Shown here: positions 41,559-51,471 of the stretch, in pieces
Layout of the letters: every line of letters starts with the position of its first letter
How positions within the stretch are numbered: the stretch's first letter is position 1
IMG/VR virus record: IMGVR_UViG_3300046002_004036
Location: 34,084 to 98,083 of that record
DNA: 64,000 nt
Source: a virus
Reading direction: 5' to 3' (one strand)
Position numbers and translations under genes: made by a program
Notes under the pieces: generated by a model
Database searches by the model: none
Told to the model about the DNA's origin: nothing
Seen by the model: only the letters and a program-made list of their open reading frames with translations

Positions 41559-41632
41559 TTATATACCTTTCAAAGTAAAATTAGACGAGTACTTCATGTT
41601 TTCTGAAGTAGTACCTAAGTATAACACAGTTT

Positions 41633-41663
41633 AAAAAGAAAAACACGCTCACTAAGAGCGTGT
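41633..41663 (-). terminator. Intrinsic terminator
   Basis: ACACGCTC-TTAGT-GAGCGTGT followed by TTTTCTTTT. Confidence 0.8.
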
Positions 41664-41716
41664 AAATCTTTACTTTAGAGTTAGTACTTTTTGTAAATTA
41701 AAGTGCTACTAACTAT

Positions 41717-42283
41717 TTATACATAACGAATTGCGCGAACTGGGAAAGCACCAGTTCCTTTATCAGAGTAGTCCTGAGTGCCATCTACCATACTTTGTAT
41801 ATGAGCATCTGACGTAAATTGCTCACTAGATGCCCAATAATAGGTTTGAGCAGCGGTTCCGCTTGTTGGAAAACCACCGACAACTGTTTTTTGTAAGTAA
41901 AGTTGAGCAAGTTCTAATCTTGAAGGTAAGAACCAATCCGTTTTACCGCCACCAGTATAGGAGCGGCATCTAGTTGCGGCTTTATTGGCGGTACTGTTCT
42001 GCGCCACTATCGCAATTGAGTTGGTCAATCCTGCACCGATAGCGGTGGAAGTGCCTACAAGAGTATTTCCATTTCCAGACCAATTGAGTTGTTGTGTAAG
42101 ATTAAATGCTGGGGAAGTAGAAGAATTTGCTGCTTCCATATATCTTCCCCAGGATAAAGTGCTTCCAGCATCATAGAATATTTTACCTCCGCCAGGACCA
42201 GTATCGCCTATAGAATAAACAATAGGGGCAGATAAAGATCCTGCACCTGAAAAAGATCCGACTCCGCTGAACGTATTTGGCAT
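41717..42283 (-). CDS. DUF1566/Lcl-type C-lectin-fold protein
   Basis: DWFLPSRLEL...YYWASSE...VRAIR. Confidence 0.8.
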   Translation of the reverse strand: MPNTFSGVGSFSGAGSLSAPIVYSIGDTGPGGGKIFYDAGSTLSWGRYMEAANSSTSPAFNLTQQLNWSGNGNTLVGTSTAIGAGLTNSIAIVAQNSTANKAATRCRSYTGGGKTDWFLPSRLELAQLYLQKTVVGGFPTSGTAAQTYYWASSEQFTSDAHIQSMVDGTQDYSDKGTGAFPVRAIRYV

Positions 42284-42284
42284 A

Positions 42285-42590
42285 TTATTCTACTAGTTCT
42301 TGCCAATTAAGATCTTCTTCTACCCACATATACATTTTACCATCTGTTGGATATGAAGTAGGTGGTTCATATGATGCAGTTTCTAAATTTAATGTCCAAG
42401 ATGGGAATTGCTGAACTCCATAGCACTCTAAGGTTTGTCTTGCAATTAATTCTGATTCCGCCCAAATCCATCCTTCAACGGGATAAGAGTAGGTATCCTT
42501 TTGATCTATCCATAATTCAAAGTTATCATTGATAACTCTATCGGCTGACCAAATTAGAAAGCCGTTGTCATTTTTATAAAATCCTTGCAT
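42285..42590 (-). CDS. Trp-rich fibre-associated small protein
   Basis: FPSWTLN...EPPTSYPTDGKMYMWVE. Confidence 0.6.
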   Translation of the reverse strand: MQGFYKNDNGFLIWSADRVINDNFELWIDQKDTYSYPVEGWIWAESELIARQTLECYGVQQFPSWTLNLETASYEPPTSYPTDGKMYMWVEEDLNWQELVE

Positions 42591-42602
42591 TATATTTCTC
42601 CC

Positions 42603-43148
42603 TTATTCTACGTAACGAATTGGTCTAATATACCAGGTTCCACTTTTTGCAGTAGAAGCTTCGCCGCTGCTATAGCGACCATAAGCATTTGTTGCACTGC
42701 TCTCAGTTGAGGACCAATAGTATGCATTACCAGCCACTGGTGAATACGAAGCCCTATTAGCAATAAATGGAGTTAATTCATCTCTTGATGGTAAGAACCA
42801 ATCAGTAAATCCATTAACCTCATATGCGTCACAATATGTTCCTGCTTTACTTGCTGTATTGTTTTGTGCAACTATGGCTAAAGTATTTGTATATCCTGTG
42901 CCAATTGCTGAAGATGTTCCAACTAAAGTATTAGTGTTACCTGACCATGTTCCTGTTGTATCACTAAAATTTGAAGCACCAGCAGGAGCTGGAGCACATT
43001 CTAAATACTGACCCCAAGATAGTGTGCTTCCAGCGTCATAAAAAATCTTTCCTCCTGCAGGACCAGTTTGACCAATAGTATAAACTGCTTTATTTTTTAA
43101 ACTACCGACACCTGAGAAAGATCCTTGACCACTATAAGTACTTGGCAT
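42603..43148 (-). CDS. DUF1566/Lcl-type C-lectin-fold protein (paralog of 41717..42283)
   Basis: DWFLPSRDEL...YYWSSTE...IRPIR; shares GGKIFYDAGSTLSWG with its paralog. Confidence 0.8.
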   Translation of the reverse strand: MPSTYSGQGSFSGVGSLKNKAVYTIGQTGPAGGKIFYDAGSTLSWGQYLECAPAPAGASNFSDTTGTWSGNTNTLVGTSSAIGTGYTNTLAIVAQNNTASKAGTYCDAYEVNGFTDWFLPSRDELTPFIANRASYSPVAGNAYYWSSTESSATNAYGRYSSGEASTAKSGTWYIRPIRYVE

Positions 43149-43154
43149 GTTGCA

Positions 43155-44903
43155 TTACCAGGCACTCATTATATTCATAAGAGAAATATCTTGTTCATAT
43201 CCACTTGCATCAAGTGATGCATGTATTGGTGATGTAATTTTTGTTGCAGATGCTACTCCAAGTGTAGGAGCAGTCATTGTTGGGCTAGTTAAAGTTTTAT
43301 TTGTAAGAGTCTGTGTATTTCCAGCAGTTGTAATTATATTATCTGCAGACAAAGTTCCAACATATGCGTTACTGCCTCCAGCTGGAACAATTCTAACGTT
43401 TGTGTCTCCACTTACTAAGAAATCACCAGTTCCGCTAATTGTGGATGTTCCTGAAAGTGTTGCACCTGATAATGTTAGTCCCGCAATTGTTGTGACGGTA
43501 GCTCCTGAAGCAATTGATGTTGATCCAAGTGTTGGTGCTGAATATCCTGATACTGTACCCCAAGAAGTTGAAGTTCCATCTGTAGTAAGGTACTTACCTG
43601 AGTTGCTAGTTTGTGAAGCAACTAAATCAGTTCCGTTATATTTTAATGTCTTACCTGAAGCAAGATTAATATGCTCTGATGAAGTCCAAGCATCTGTAGC
43701 GTCTACCCAGTTAAAAGTTTTATCAGTTGCCCCCTTGAGTGTGAGGCCACCACCGTCGGCAGTTGTATCAGTTGGGGTATCAACATCACCAAGGATAATA
43801 TTCTTATCATCCACTGCAAGAGTAGTAGAGTTAATTGTTGTGGTTGTGCCATTAATTGTTAGGTCCCCTGAAAGTGTAAGGGATGTACCAGTTGCAGCAC
43901 CAATGTTTGGTGTTACAAGTGTTGGGGTATCAGCAAAAACAAGTGTTCCACTACCATTGTGATCAGAGATTACTGATTGAAGTTCTGATGAAGAAGTTGC
44001 TGCAAAAGCATCCAACTTATTGTTTGTAAGAGCAACAGTACCTGTAGCATCTGGGAAAGTTACTGTACGGTCACCAGTTGGATCTGCAACTGTAAGTGTT
44101 GTCTCAAATTCATTTGCTGTTGTACCTTCAAGAACGATTGAACCATCTGAAAGCGTAAGTCCTGAAACTACTGGACTTGTCAAAGTTTTGTTTGTTAAAG
44201 TTTCTGTTTTGCTTTCAGTTGATTTGGCATCTAATTGAGTTTGTATTGCTGAAGTAACACCATTAAGGTATCCGATTTCTGTATCTGTAACATCTGTAAC
44301 ACGAGCCTGAATTGTTGTAGTATCTACATCAAATTTACTTGTTCCAGCATTCCAGCTAATTCCATTACCTGCAAGTGTAGACTGATCTACTTCTGCTCCA
44401 CCAATTTCTGAATCTACATATTCTTGTGTTGCTACTGTTCCTGTTTCATCAGGAAATGTTATAGTACGATCTGCTGTGGGTTCTCCTGCTGAAAGGGTAA
44501 GTTCGTGAGCATCTGCTGTTGAACCTTCCATTACGATTGTTGAAGTAAATATACCAATGTCTGTAATGTCTGAAAGGTTTCCTGTTGTAATAACAGTTCC
44601 TGTAACATTTGGAATAGTAATTGTACGATCTGCTGTAGGATCTGTTATTTGAAGTGTTGTTTCAAATCCATCTGCCGTTGCACCCTCAAATGTAATACTT
44701 GAGCCAAAGGCAGGGTTTACTGTTGAATTAGCATCAATAAAGTAATCAAGGGTTAGCCAGTGATTTGTGCCATCACCAATTTTAAACTTGTTTGTATCGG
44801 TCTCATATCCAATTTCGCCAGGTTCAAGAATGGGGCCATTTCCTGAATTTGTTGAAATCCATTGAGCCGCAGTACCTCTGCGCTGTTGCATTCTTGTTGC
44901 CAT
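43155..44903 (-). CDS. Fibre protein with Mtd/hyaluronidase-type N-terminal domain
   Basis: QRRGTAAQW...GEIGYETDTNKFKIGDG; three EGxTAxxxExTLxxxxPTxDRTxTxP repeats; two TLTNKTLTSP. Confidence 0.8.
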   Translation of the reverse strand: MATRMQQRRGTAAQWISTNSGNGPILEPGEIGYETDTNKFKIGDGTNHWLTLDYFIDANSTVNPAFGSSITFEGATADGFETTLQITDPTADRTITIPNVTGTVITTGNLSDITDIGIFTSTIVMEGSTADAHELTLSAGEPTADRTITFPDETGTVATQEYVDSEIGGAEVDQSTLAGNGISWNAGTSKFDVDTTTIQARVTDVTDTEIGYLNGVTSAIQTQLDAKSTESKTETLTNKTLTSPVVSGLTLSDGSIVLEGTTANEFETTLTVADPTGDRTVTFPDATGTVALTNNKLDAFAATSSSELQSVISDHNGSGTLVFADTPTLVTPNIGAATGTSLTLSGDLTINGTTTTINSTTLAVDDKNIILGDVDTPTDTTADGGGLTLKGATDKTFNWVDATDAWTSSEHINLASGKTLKYNGTDLVASQTSNSGKYLTTDGTSTSWGTVSGYSAPTLGSTSIASGATVTTIAGLTLSGATLSGTSTISGTGDFLVSGDTNVRIVPAGGSNAYVGTLSADNIITTAGNTQTLTNKTLTSPTMTAPTLGVASATKITSPIHASLDASGYEQDISLMNIMSAW

Positions 44904-44944
44904 TTATAGCCTCCTGTGGTGTATGTTAATATTATATCAGATAA

Positions 44945-45406
44945 TTAGTTGAAATTATCTAATGGACTTCCGCCATCATAGCTGTTTGTCCAGTACTCTG
45001 AATCATAGAATCCTGCAATTTCAGCTGATGTAAAAATTGAATCATAGAAGCCTGCATCTTGGAATACTGAAACAATAAGTCCAGTTCCGTCAATTGCAGT
45101 ATCGTGAATGTGTTGTCTAAGATCGGCGGTATCGGAGAAAGTAGCAATCATAATCCATTCAGCAGCATCTGTTGAATAAATAGATAAATGTTGTGTTACA
45201 GTGTCAAACCATAATTGACCATCTACTGGACTTACTGGCTCTGTTGACTCTGTTGGTACGATTGGAGCTTTAGTGTCTACATATAGCTTTGTAGCGGCAT
45301 GTGTATTTTCAGTAGGTGTATCTACTGTTACAGTACCGCCAAAAGATCCACCAAGGGCAACGATTAACCCATTTTTTACTTTAAAATCTTTATCAGTCGT
45401 TGCCAC
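44945..45406 (-). CDS. Virion fibre-like protein
   Basis: KDFKVKNGL, AATKLYVD, PVDGQLWFD. Confidence 0.65.
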   Translation of the reverse strand: MATTDKDFKVKNGLIVALGGSFGGTVTVDTPTENTHAATKLYVDTKAPIVPTESTEPVSPVDGQLWFDTVTQHLSIYSTDAAEWIMIATFSDTADLRQHIHDTAIDGTGLIVSVFQDAGFYDSIFTSAEIAGFYDSEYWTNSYDGGSPLDNFN

Positions 45407-45421
45407 TTGGTTTCTCCTTTA

Positions 45422-47107
45422 TTAGTAGTTTGAACTATTAAGTAGTGTTGCTACTGTAACAACTTCACATGCTACTGCTGCTGTTGCAATTAGTTGATAA
45501 GTATTATCAACATAGTCTGCAGAGAATGAAGCAAGATTGTTTGCATGTGTGCAAATTGTTCCATATTCAGTAATTGCAATATTATTGTTTCCATCTGTTG
45601 TAAGAAGAATTTCTGTAATTTGTGAATGTTTAGTTCCAGAAACAGGTCCAGCTACAGTAACAATATATTTTGCTGAATCATAGTTACTAAAGGAATGAAC
45701 ATTTGCAGTTGAAGCAGTTCCAAATACTGTAAAGTTTGCTTCTTCTTGACGGACACCATTAAGTAAAATAGAGACTGTTGTAACACTTGCTGGGTAAATA
45801 ACTTCATCTTGAATTGCACTAGTTGCACGAACATTTGAGAAGTAAAGATTTGTGCTTCCTTCTGTTAAGTCATCTGTGTCAAGACCTGCTACAACCGCAT
45901 CGGTTGCACGAGCATTTGAGAAGTAAAGGTTAGTGCTTCCTTCAGATAGATCATCTGTATCAAGACCTGCTACAACTGCGTCAGTTGCACGAACATTTGA
46001 GAAGTAAAGATTTGTACCTTCGGCAATATCATCTGTATCAAGACCTGCAAGTGCTGTTGCAATTGAGTTTGCTGCCTCATAGTTATTAGCAAGTCCATCT
46101 GCATAATTTTGTGCATTTGTTTGTGCAGTTGCAGCAGAACCATTAGCATCATACCAACCGTCTACTGTAGTGCGATCAACAGAAATATCATCAGAGCCAT
46201 CAAATGCAAGACCTGAACCAAGTGTTGCTGCAATGGTGTCTGCAGTAATATCAATACCTTGACCTACAGTTAATGTATTTTGCTTCTGTGAAAGGCTATT
46301 TGCCATATCAGTTGCATAGTTTGGATTTTCTGCAATTGCATTAGCTAATTCAGCAAGAGTATTAAGAAGTTCAGGTGCTGAATCAACAAGTGCTGCCACA
46401 GAGTTATCTGTGTATTCACTAGCATATGCTTGAGTTGCAAGTATATCTGATCCCCAGAAAATGTATTCACCTGCACCTGGTGTAATAACAACGTTACCAT
46501 CACCATTAATTTCAAAGTCGCCTGCACCAGTGAAGGTAATTGCATCGCTAAATGATTTGTTTGAAAGTGTTTGTGTATCTGATGTTCCAACTACGTTACC
46601 AGTTACTCCGTGAATATTTGAAGTAAGGCCTTCGTGTGTTGAAAGGTCTGCTGCTACATCTCCTGCTGCACCAAGTACATCATATGATCCTGCGGTTGCA
46701 TCCTGTGCACGAACATTTGAGAAGTAAAGATTTGTGCTTCCTTCAGTCAAATCATCTGTATCAAGACCTGCTACAACTGCGTCAGTTGCACGAGCATTTG
46801 AGAAATAGAGATTTGTAGTTCCTTCAGCTAGATCATCTGTATCGTGGTTTGAAATATCTGATACTTGACCAGTTACATCACCAATTAAGTCTGCTGTAAT
46901 TACGTTAGCAGCAAAACTTGCATTTGTATCACGAAGAACTACTGCATTTGCGTTTGCTTCTGGTGTTGCTGATCCACCAATAAGACTAATGATGTAATCT
47001 TGGTCTGCCTGTACTTTAGTAAGAATGTCGTAGCCATTAACGGTAGCTGTTGAACCTTCAACTACAAGTCCATTCTTAATTCTGAAGTTTTTATTTACTG
47101 TTGCCAT
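45422..47107 (-). CDS. Fibre protein with 27-aa repeats
   Basis: Five DTDD(L/I)xEGxxNLYFSNxRA units; APELLNTLAELANAI fibre motif. Confidence 0.75.
   Translation of the reverse strand: MATVNKNFRIKNGLVVEGSTATVNGYDILTKVQADQDYIISLIGGSATPEANANAVVLRDTNASFAANVITADLIGDVTGQVSDISNHDTDDLAEGTTNLYFSNARATDAVVAGLDTDDLTEGSTNLYFSNVRAQDATAGSYDVLGAAGDVAADLSTHEGLTSNIHGVTGNVVGTSDTQTLSNKSFSDAITFTGAGDFEINGDGNVVITPGAGEYIFWGSDILATQAYASEYTDNSVAALVDSAPELLNTLAELANAIAENPNYATDMANSLSQKQNTLTVGQGIDITADTIAATLGSGLAFDGSDDISVDRTTVDGWYDANGSAATAQTNAQNYADGLANNYEAANSIATALAGLDTDDIAEGTNLYFSNVRATDAVVAGLDTDDLSEGSTNLYFSNARATDAVVAGLDTDDLTEGSTNLYFSNVRATSAIQDEVIYPASVTTVSILLNGVRQEEANFTVFGTASTANVHSFSNYDSAKYIVTVAGPVSGTKHSQITEILLTTDGNNNIAITEYGTICTHANNLASFSADYVDNTYQLIATAAVACEVVTVATLLNSSNY
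45826..46845 (-). repeat. ~81-bp coding repeats in two blocks (3 + 2 copies)
   Basis: Repeated catttgagaa(g/a)ta...tcatctgt(a/g)tc at ~45826-46048 and ~46705-46845. Confidence 0.85.
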
Positions 47108-47122
47108 TTTTTATCTCCTTAG

Positions 47123-47569
47123 TTATGCCTTCAAACCAATACGTGCATAACGTACGGTTATAGGTGTTATTCCTGGTGCTGGTGTAACAGTTATAGCAAC
47201 TGTATTTCCAGCTCTGGAGACGCTAATGGTGCCAATATTCCCATCGTTGTCTATTATTCCATATTCACTAACTGATACGTCTGTACCGTCATTTAATATG
47301 TTTAATTCTGTAGCGTAATATTTATTATCGCCACCAGAAGTCTTTGATATTGAAATTAAGTACTTTACTAAGCGCCATTCAGTAGCATTATAATTATTTA
47401 TAACGGTTGCACTTTCAATTCCATCAATTGTACTTTCATTATTGCCTGCTGTACCAAGATCTGTACTTTGTGCAGAAAGGGTATCAATTAAGTCTTCATA
47501 ATTTGCCTGTGAAGGACGATCTCCCGTTTGGAATAAGGCCTTTACGCTTGAAAGTGATATTTTCGCCAT
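47123..47569 (-). CDS. Virion protein sharing its C-terminal domain with 45422..47107
   Basis: LFQTGDRPSQANYEDLIDT; KY(L/I)...TE...DG...EYG shared with the neighbour. Confidence 0.65.
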   Translation of the reverse strand: MAKISLSSVKALFQTGDRPSQANYEDLIDTLSAQSTDLGTAGNNESTIDGIESATVINNYNATEWRLVKYLISISKTSGGDNKYYATELNILNDGTDVSVSEYGIIDNDGNIGTISVSRAGNTVAITVTPAPGITPITVRYARIGLKA

Positions 47570-47628
47570 AGTTGTATTATATCATACGTTTATATTAGTA
47601 CTGATTGGCATACCCTAAAGATAACTTT

Positions 47629-48942
47629 TTAATCAGTCTTTTCTGTCTTAGGTATTGCCAAATGATTTCCATTGCCATCTATACATGATATTGTGTATCC
47701 AAAATCTTCTAAGTCTTTAAAAATGTCTGAAATCTTGGTCGCATCAAATATTTTTAATGTTTCAACAGGAGGTTTTTGTGAGTTGTGCTTAAACATAATA
47801 GATGGCTTAAACTTTTCAATAGTTTCTTTTGCACCTTTAATTACTAGGTGTTCTTTACCTTCTAGGTCAATTTTGATATAATCGCAGGACTCTAGGTTTA
47901 GACTATCTATGGCTATTTCTTGTTCCGATTCCCCAAAAGAATTACCATAAAGAGTGATATCCGATAAATTGTTTGCTAACACGTTTTTACTAAGCAATTC
48001 AAATAATTTTTCCTGGGGTTCAAAACAGTGAATTTTTACATTTGAGTTAATACTCTTATAAACAACGGTGTGCGAGCCAGCGTGGGCTCCAATATCTAAA
48101 ATAGTTGAAGAATTTTTTATAATGTCTGATAGGTGGTTTTCAATTAGATCTTGTTCATATATTTTATTAATAGATAAAAACTTAGTAAAGTCTAGATCGT
48201 TTTTATGGTAAGAGATGTATCCACAATCTGTTGTTTTTTCTTGTACCTCTGAGTTTTTAGATTTCCAAAACTCTGTTATTTGATTATAAGATCTTGTGTG
48301 GCTTTGTAAAATGTGGTCTTGATTTATTGATGAGTTTAATTTTAGGTTAGTAACAAATAATGGCGTAGAGTATGTTTTTGCTGTATAATAAATAAGAAAG
48401 TCTGCGACAGATTTTTTATCTAAATAAAAATTAAACTTATCATCTGGATAGTGTTTCTTAATTAATTTTTCAGCATACTCTCTTTTGATTAAATATGCAC
48501 CTGCAGACCAATCATTAATTTCTTTTAAATGAGTATTTGTGTTTATATTTATGTTATGTATTATACACATTTGTAATATATCGTATTTTTTATTTATATT
48601 TTTTAAAAACTCAGACCAATTAAAGTCCCAATATTGAACAGTTTCAAAACTTACATCATCTTCCATAATTATTGCATAGTCAGAATCAGAAGTTTCAAGC
48701 CAAGTTTTTATTGCTGTCAGGTGGGACATGGCTGCACCGAGTTCTGGCTTTGTTAATGTTAATGCATCAAACTTAATTACATCTGATTCCATGTTATGGG
48801 TGTTACCATCAATTGCATCAATAAATGTAAAATCTTTTATGCCGTGACTTTTAAATTGTTTTAGCATAAAATCTTTACGATCTTTACGATCTTTAAGGTT
48901 GATTACGTATATTGGTCCAAAGGACTCTAATTTATTATTCAA
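47629..48942 (-). CDS. GT25 glycosyltransferase fused to FkbM-family methyltransferase
   Basis: YVINL..R.DR, DAIDG, SH, IMEDD (GT25); LDIGAHAG, FEP, IKIDLEG (FkbM). Confidence 0.88.
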   Translation of the reverse strand: MNNKLESFGPIYVINLKDRKDRKDFMLKQFKSHGIKDFTFIDAIDGNTHNMESDVIKFDALTLTKPELGAAMSHLTAIKTWLETSDSDYAIIMEDDVSFETVQYWDFNWSEFLKNINKKYDILQMCIIHNININTNTHLKEINDWSAGAYLIKREYAEKLIKKHYPDDKFNFYLDKKSVADFLIYYTAKTYSTPLFVTNLKLNSSINQDHILQSHTRSYNQITEFWKSKNSEVQEKTTDCGYISYHKNDLDFTKFLSINKIYEQDLIENHLSDIIKNSSTILDIGAHAGSHTVVYKSINSNVKIHCFEPQEKLFELLSKNVLANNLSDITLYGNSFGESEQEIAIDSLNLESCDYIKIDLEGKEHLVIKGAKETIEKFKPSIMFKHNSQKPPVETLKIFDATKISDIFKDLEDFGYTISCIDGNGNHLAIPKTEKTD

Positions 48943-49648
48943 ACCAATATGTCCCAGCGTGGGTTACTTTTACATAAGGGGCTAAATAGATTGTGCCGCC
49001 AAAATTCTTCCATAACTGACAAAACTGATAATCTTCAGATAATAGTCTTTCAGACTCTGGGTTAATTCCAGTGTTCCAAAAATCGTAAACTGGATCTCCT
49101 TTTTGAATGGATCCCATTCCAGATTGATCAACTCTATATTGACCAACATGTGGTTTTAAAAAATCAAAAACTTTTCTTTTAATTGCAACAAGTCCAGTTC
49201 CAACATAAACAACCTCTACTTTGTTATTTGGATTTTTTGCAAGAATTTGTTTTTGTTCTTTACTTATGTTTACATTATATATTGAGGAATGTTTTGCTAA
49301 GTTTGTTTTTCCATCTACCGCTGCTTGTGCAACTTTTTCCCAATTAATACCTTTCATGGGAACTGCAGCACCAATAATGTCAACTTCTTCTTCCACCATT
49401 TTACACACGCCTTTTGGATCAAAACCTTCGTCGGCATCAATAAAAATAAGATATTCAGAGTTAGTTCTTAAAAATATTTCAGTCAAAGTATTTCTTGCTC
49501 GTGTAATTAATGATTCATTATATAGGTCATGGTATAAAACCTCATGTCCGCGGGACCTAAGCAAATTTATTAACTCCATCATACTTTTCATAAAAATACC
49601 ATGGCAGACACCACCATACATAGGAGTTGCTATACTAATTCTAGCCAA
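48935..49648 (-). CDS. GT-A fold glycosyltransferase
   Basis: IATPMYGG, ESLITRARN, FIDAD, GTG, SEDYQFC, H.G. Confidence 0.8.
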   Translation of the reverse strand: MARISIATPMYGGVCHGIFMKSMMELINLLRSRGHEVLYHDLYNESLITRARNTLTEIFLRTNSEYLIFIDADEGFDPKGVCKMVEEEVDIIGAAVPMKGINWEKVAQAAVDGKTNLAKHSSIYNVNISKEQKQILAKNPNNKVEVVYVGTGLVAIKRKVFDFLKPHVGQYRVDQSGMGSIQKGDPVYDFWNTGINPESERLLSEDYQFCQLWKNFGGTIYLAPYVKVTHAGTYWFE

Positions 49649-50377
49649 TTAGATTACCCCCTTTATGTTATCTAGATTTTTAAAAGACTCAACTTTATTA
49701 TACCACTTCAAAGAATTTGTTTTTATTAACATTGGCATATATTTGTCCCACAATTCTTTTCTTTCAACATATGGGCTAGTTTTAAATCTAGAGTAGTCTG
49801 ATCCAGTAGTCTTTGTGTGTTTCATAATAAGTTTATCTATTACAGCTATTTTATTTTTTGGTGCCCCTAACAAAGCGTTCCATACGTGTTCCATCCCCCA
49901 CATAGACTCTGTTGCTCCAAAAGTATGAGACAAATATAACATAACTTCTTTTTTAAATGATGGCGCCATGACTTCAACAAAATTAGTAAACCTTATATCT
50001 GAATCTGGTTTATTTGCAGTAATTGGAAGATTTACATTATTTACAACTGATGGCTGTGCTATCCATAAATCATATTTTTCCATTATTAAAAACATCTCTT
50101 CTATATCTTTTATATCAATGTCTAAATCATCGTCGGGTAGCCAAATGTATCCATACTGCTGTATTTTTTCAAAATTGTCTGTTATTATTTCTTTTAGAAA
50201 TTCATATTTTGATTTTGTTTTAATGTTAAGAAAATAAGTTGATTGTGATTTATATTTTTTTAAATTTGTTTCATTGTTTCCATAATATATTAAAAATAAA
50301 TCAACACTGTCAGACCCAACCCATTTTTCATGTAATGAATTATCTCCAACTGCAGATATAATTAAGTTTTTATTCAT
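49649..50377 (-). CDS. DUF707-like putative glycosyltransferase
   Basis: YGYIWLPDDD, AQPS, FVEVMAPSF, WG. Confidence 0.75.
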   Translation of the reverse strand: MNKNLIISAVGDNSLHEKWVGSDSVDLFLIYYGNNETNLKKYKSQSTYFLNIKTKSKYEFLKEIITDNFEKIQQYGYIWLPDDDLDIDIKDIEEMFLIMEKYDLWIAQPSVVNNVNLPITANKPDSDIRFTNFVEVMAPSFKKEVMLYLSHTFGATESMWGMEHVWNALLGAPKNKIAVIDKLIMKHTKTTGSDYSRFKTSPYVERKELWDKYMPMLIKTNSLKWYNKVESFKNLDNIKGVI

Positions 50378-51470
50378 TCTTAGTATCAAAACTTTCCGTA
50401 AAATTTAATGCACTTTCTATTACTTGGTGCATATCGTAATATTTGTATTCGGCAAGTCTTCCACCAAAATAAACATTTGTCTCAAGTTTTGAAAGTTCTA
50501 AGTATTTATTGTAAAGATCTTGATTTTGTTTATCATTAATTGGATAATAAGGTTCATCTCCTTTATTCCATTCAACGGGGTATTCTTTTGTTATAATTGT
50601 TTTATTAGAATTATTTTTATAAAAATGTTTATGTTCTATAATTCTTGTGTATGGCACACTTTCTTCTGTATAGTTAACAACAGAATGACCTTGATAGTTA
50701 TCTATGTCTAAAGTCTCATGCTCAAATTCTAATGGACGATATTCCAAGTCGCCAAACTTGTAATCATAAAATTTATCTATCTGCCCTGTAAATATAATAT
50801 TTTGTGCAAGGCTTTTTAAAGATTCTTTATTCTCAAAAAAATCTGTATTAAGTTTTATGTCTATTCCATCAAGCATCTTTTCAAATATTTTTGTAAAACC
50901 CTCAGTTGGCATTCCTTGATAATCATCAAAAAAGTAATTATTGTCATATGTGTATCTTACTGGAAGTCGTTTAATAATACTAGAAGGTAAATCTTTAGGG
51001 TCTTTTAACCATTGTTTTTTTGTATATCCCTTGATTAATTTTTCATAAATTTCTTCTCCTATATTTGCAATTGCTTGCTCTTCAAGGTTTTGAGGCTCTC
51101 CAATAAATTTTTGAGAATCAATAATATCTTTTGCTTCTTTTGGAGTATTAACGCCCCAGAGTTTGTTAAAAGTCCACATATTAAAAGGTAAAGAATATAG
51201 TTCATCCTGATATTTAGCAATTACATGATGCCTATAGTTATTAAATGTTGTGAATCTATTAATGTATTCCCAGACTTTTTTATTAGAGGTATGAAAAATA
51301 TGAGCTCCATATTTACTTACATGTATTCCTTCAATTTCTTCTGTATAACAATTGCCACCAATATGATCTCTTTTTTCTACAACTAAGCATTTATATCCTT
51401 TATCTGTAAGTTCTCTAGCACATACAGAACCATAAAAGCCTGCTCCAATAATTAAAAAATCATATTTCAT
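50370..51470 (-). CDS. glf: UDP-galactopyranose mutase
   Basis: GAGFYG, HIGGNCY, YGAHIFHT, GYTKKQW, TRIIEHKHF, EPYYP, GRLAEYKYYDM. Confidence 0.96.
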   Translation of the reverse strand: MKYDFLIIGAGFYGSVCARELTDKGYKCLVVEKRDHIGGNCYTEEIEGIHVSKYGAHIFHTSNKKVWEYINRFTTFNNYRHHVIAKYQDELYSLPFNMWTFNKLWGVNTPKEAKDIIDSQKFIGEPQNLEEQAIANIGEEIYEKLIKGYTKKQWLKDPKDLPSSIIKRLPVRYTYDNNYFFDDYQGMPTEGFTKIFEKMLDGIDIKLNTDFFENKESLKSLAQNIIFTGQIDKFYDYKFGDLEYRPLEFEHETLDIDNYQGHSVVNYTEESVPYTRIIEHKHFYKNNSNKTIITKEYPVEWNKGDEPYYPINDKQNQDLYNKYLELSKLETNVYFGGRLAEYKYYDMHQVIESALNFTESFDTKNE

Positions 51471-51471
51471 A

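Noticed and set aside
41559-41632. Cobalamin riboswitch or NrdR box upstream of nrdJ
   Set aside because: The leader is about 55 nt, too short for the riboswitch, and I saw no B12-box or clear NrdR consensus.
41717-43148. Diversity-generating retroelement
   Set aside because: No reverse transcriptase and no template repeat differing only at adenines was seen in the window.
43147-43962. 271-aa plus-strand ORF and other antisense or alternate-frame ORFs in the track (e.g. 26556, 27360, 35351, 14886)
   Set aside because: They lie fully opposite well-supported genes and are best explained as codon-bias shadows.
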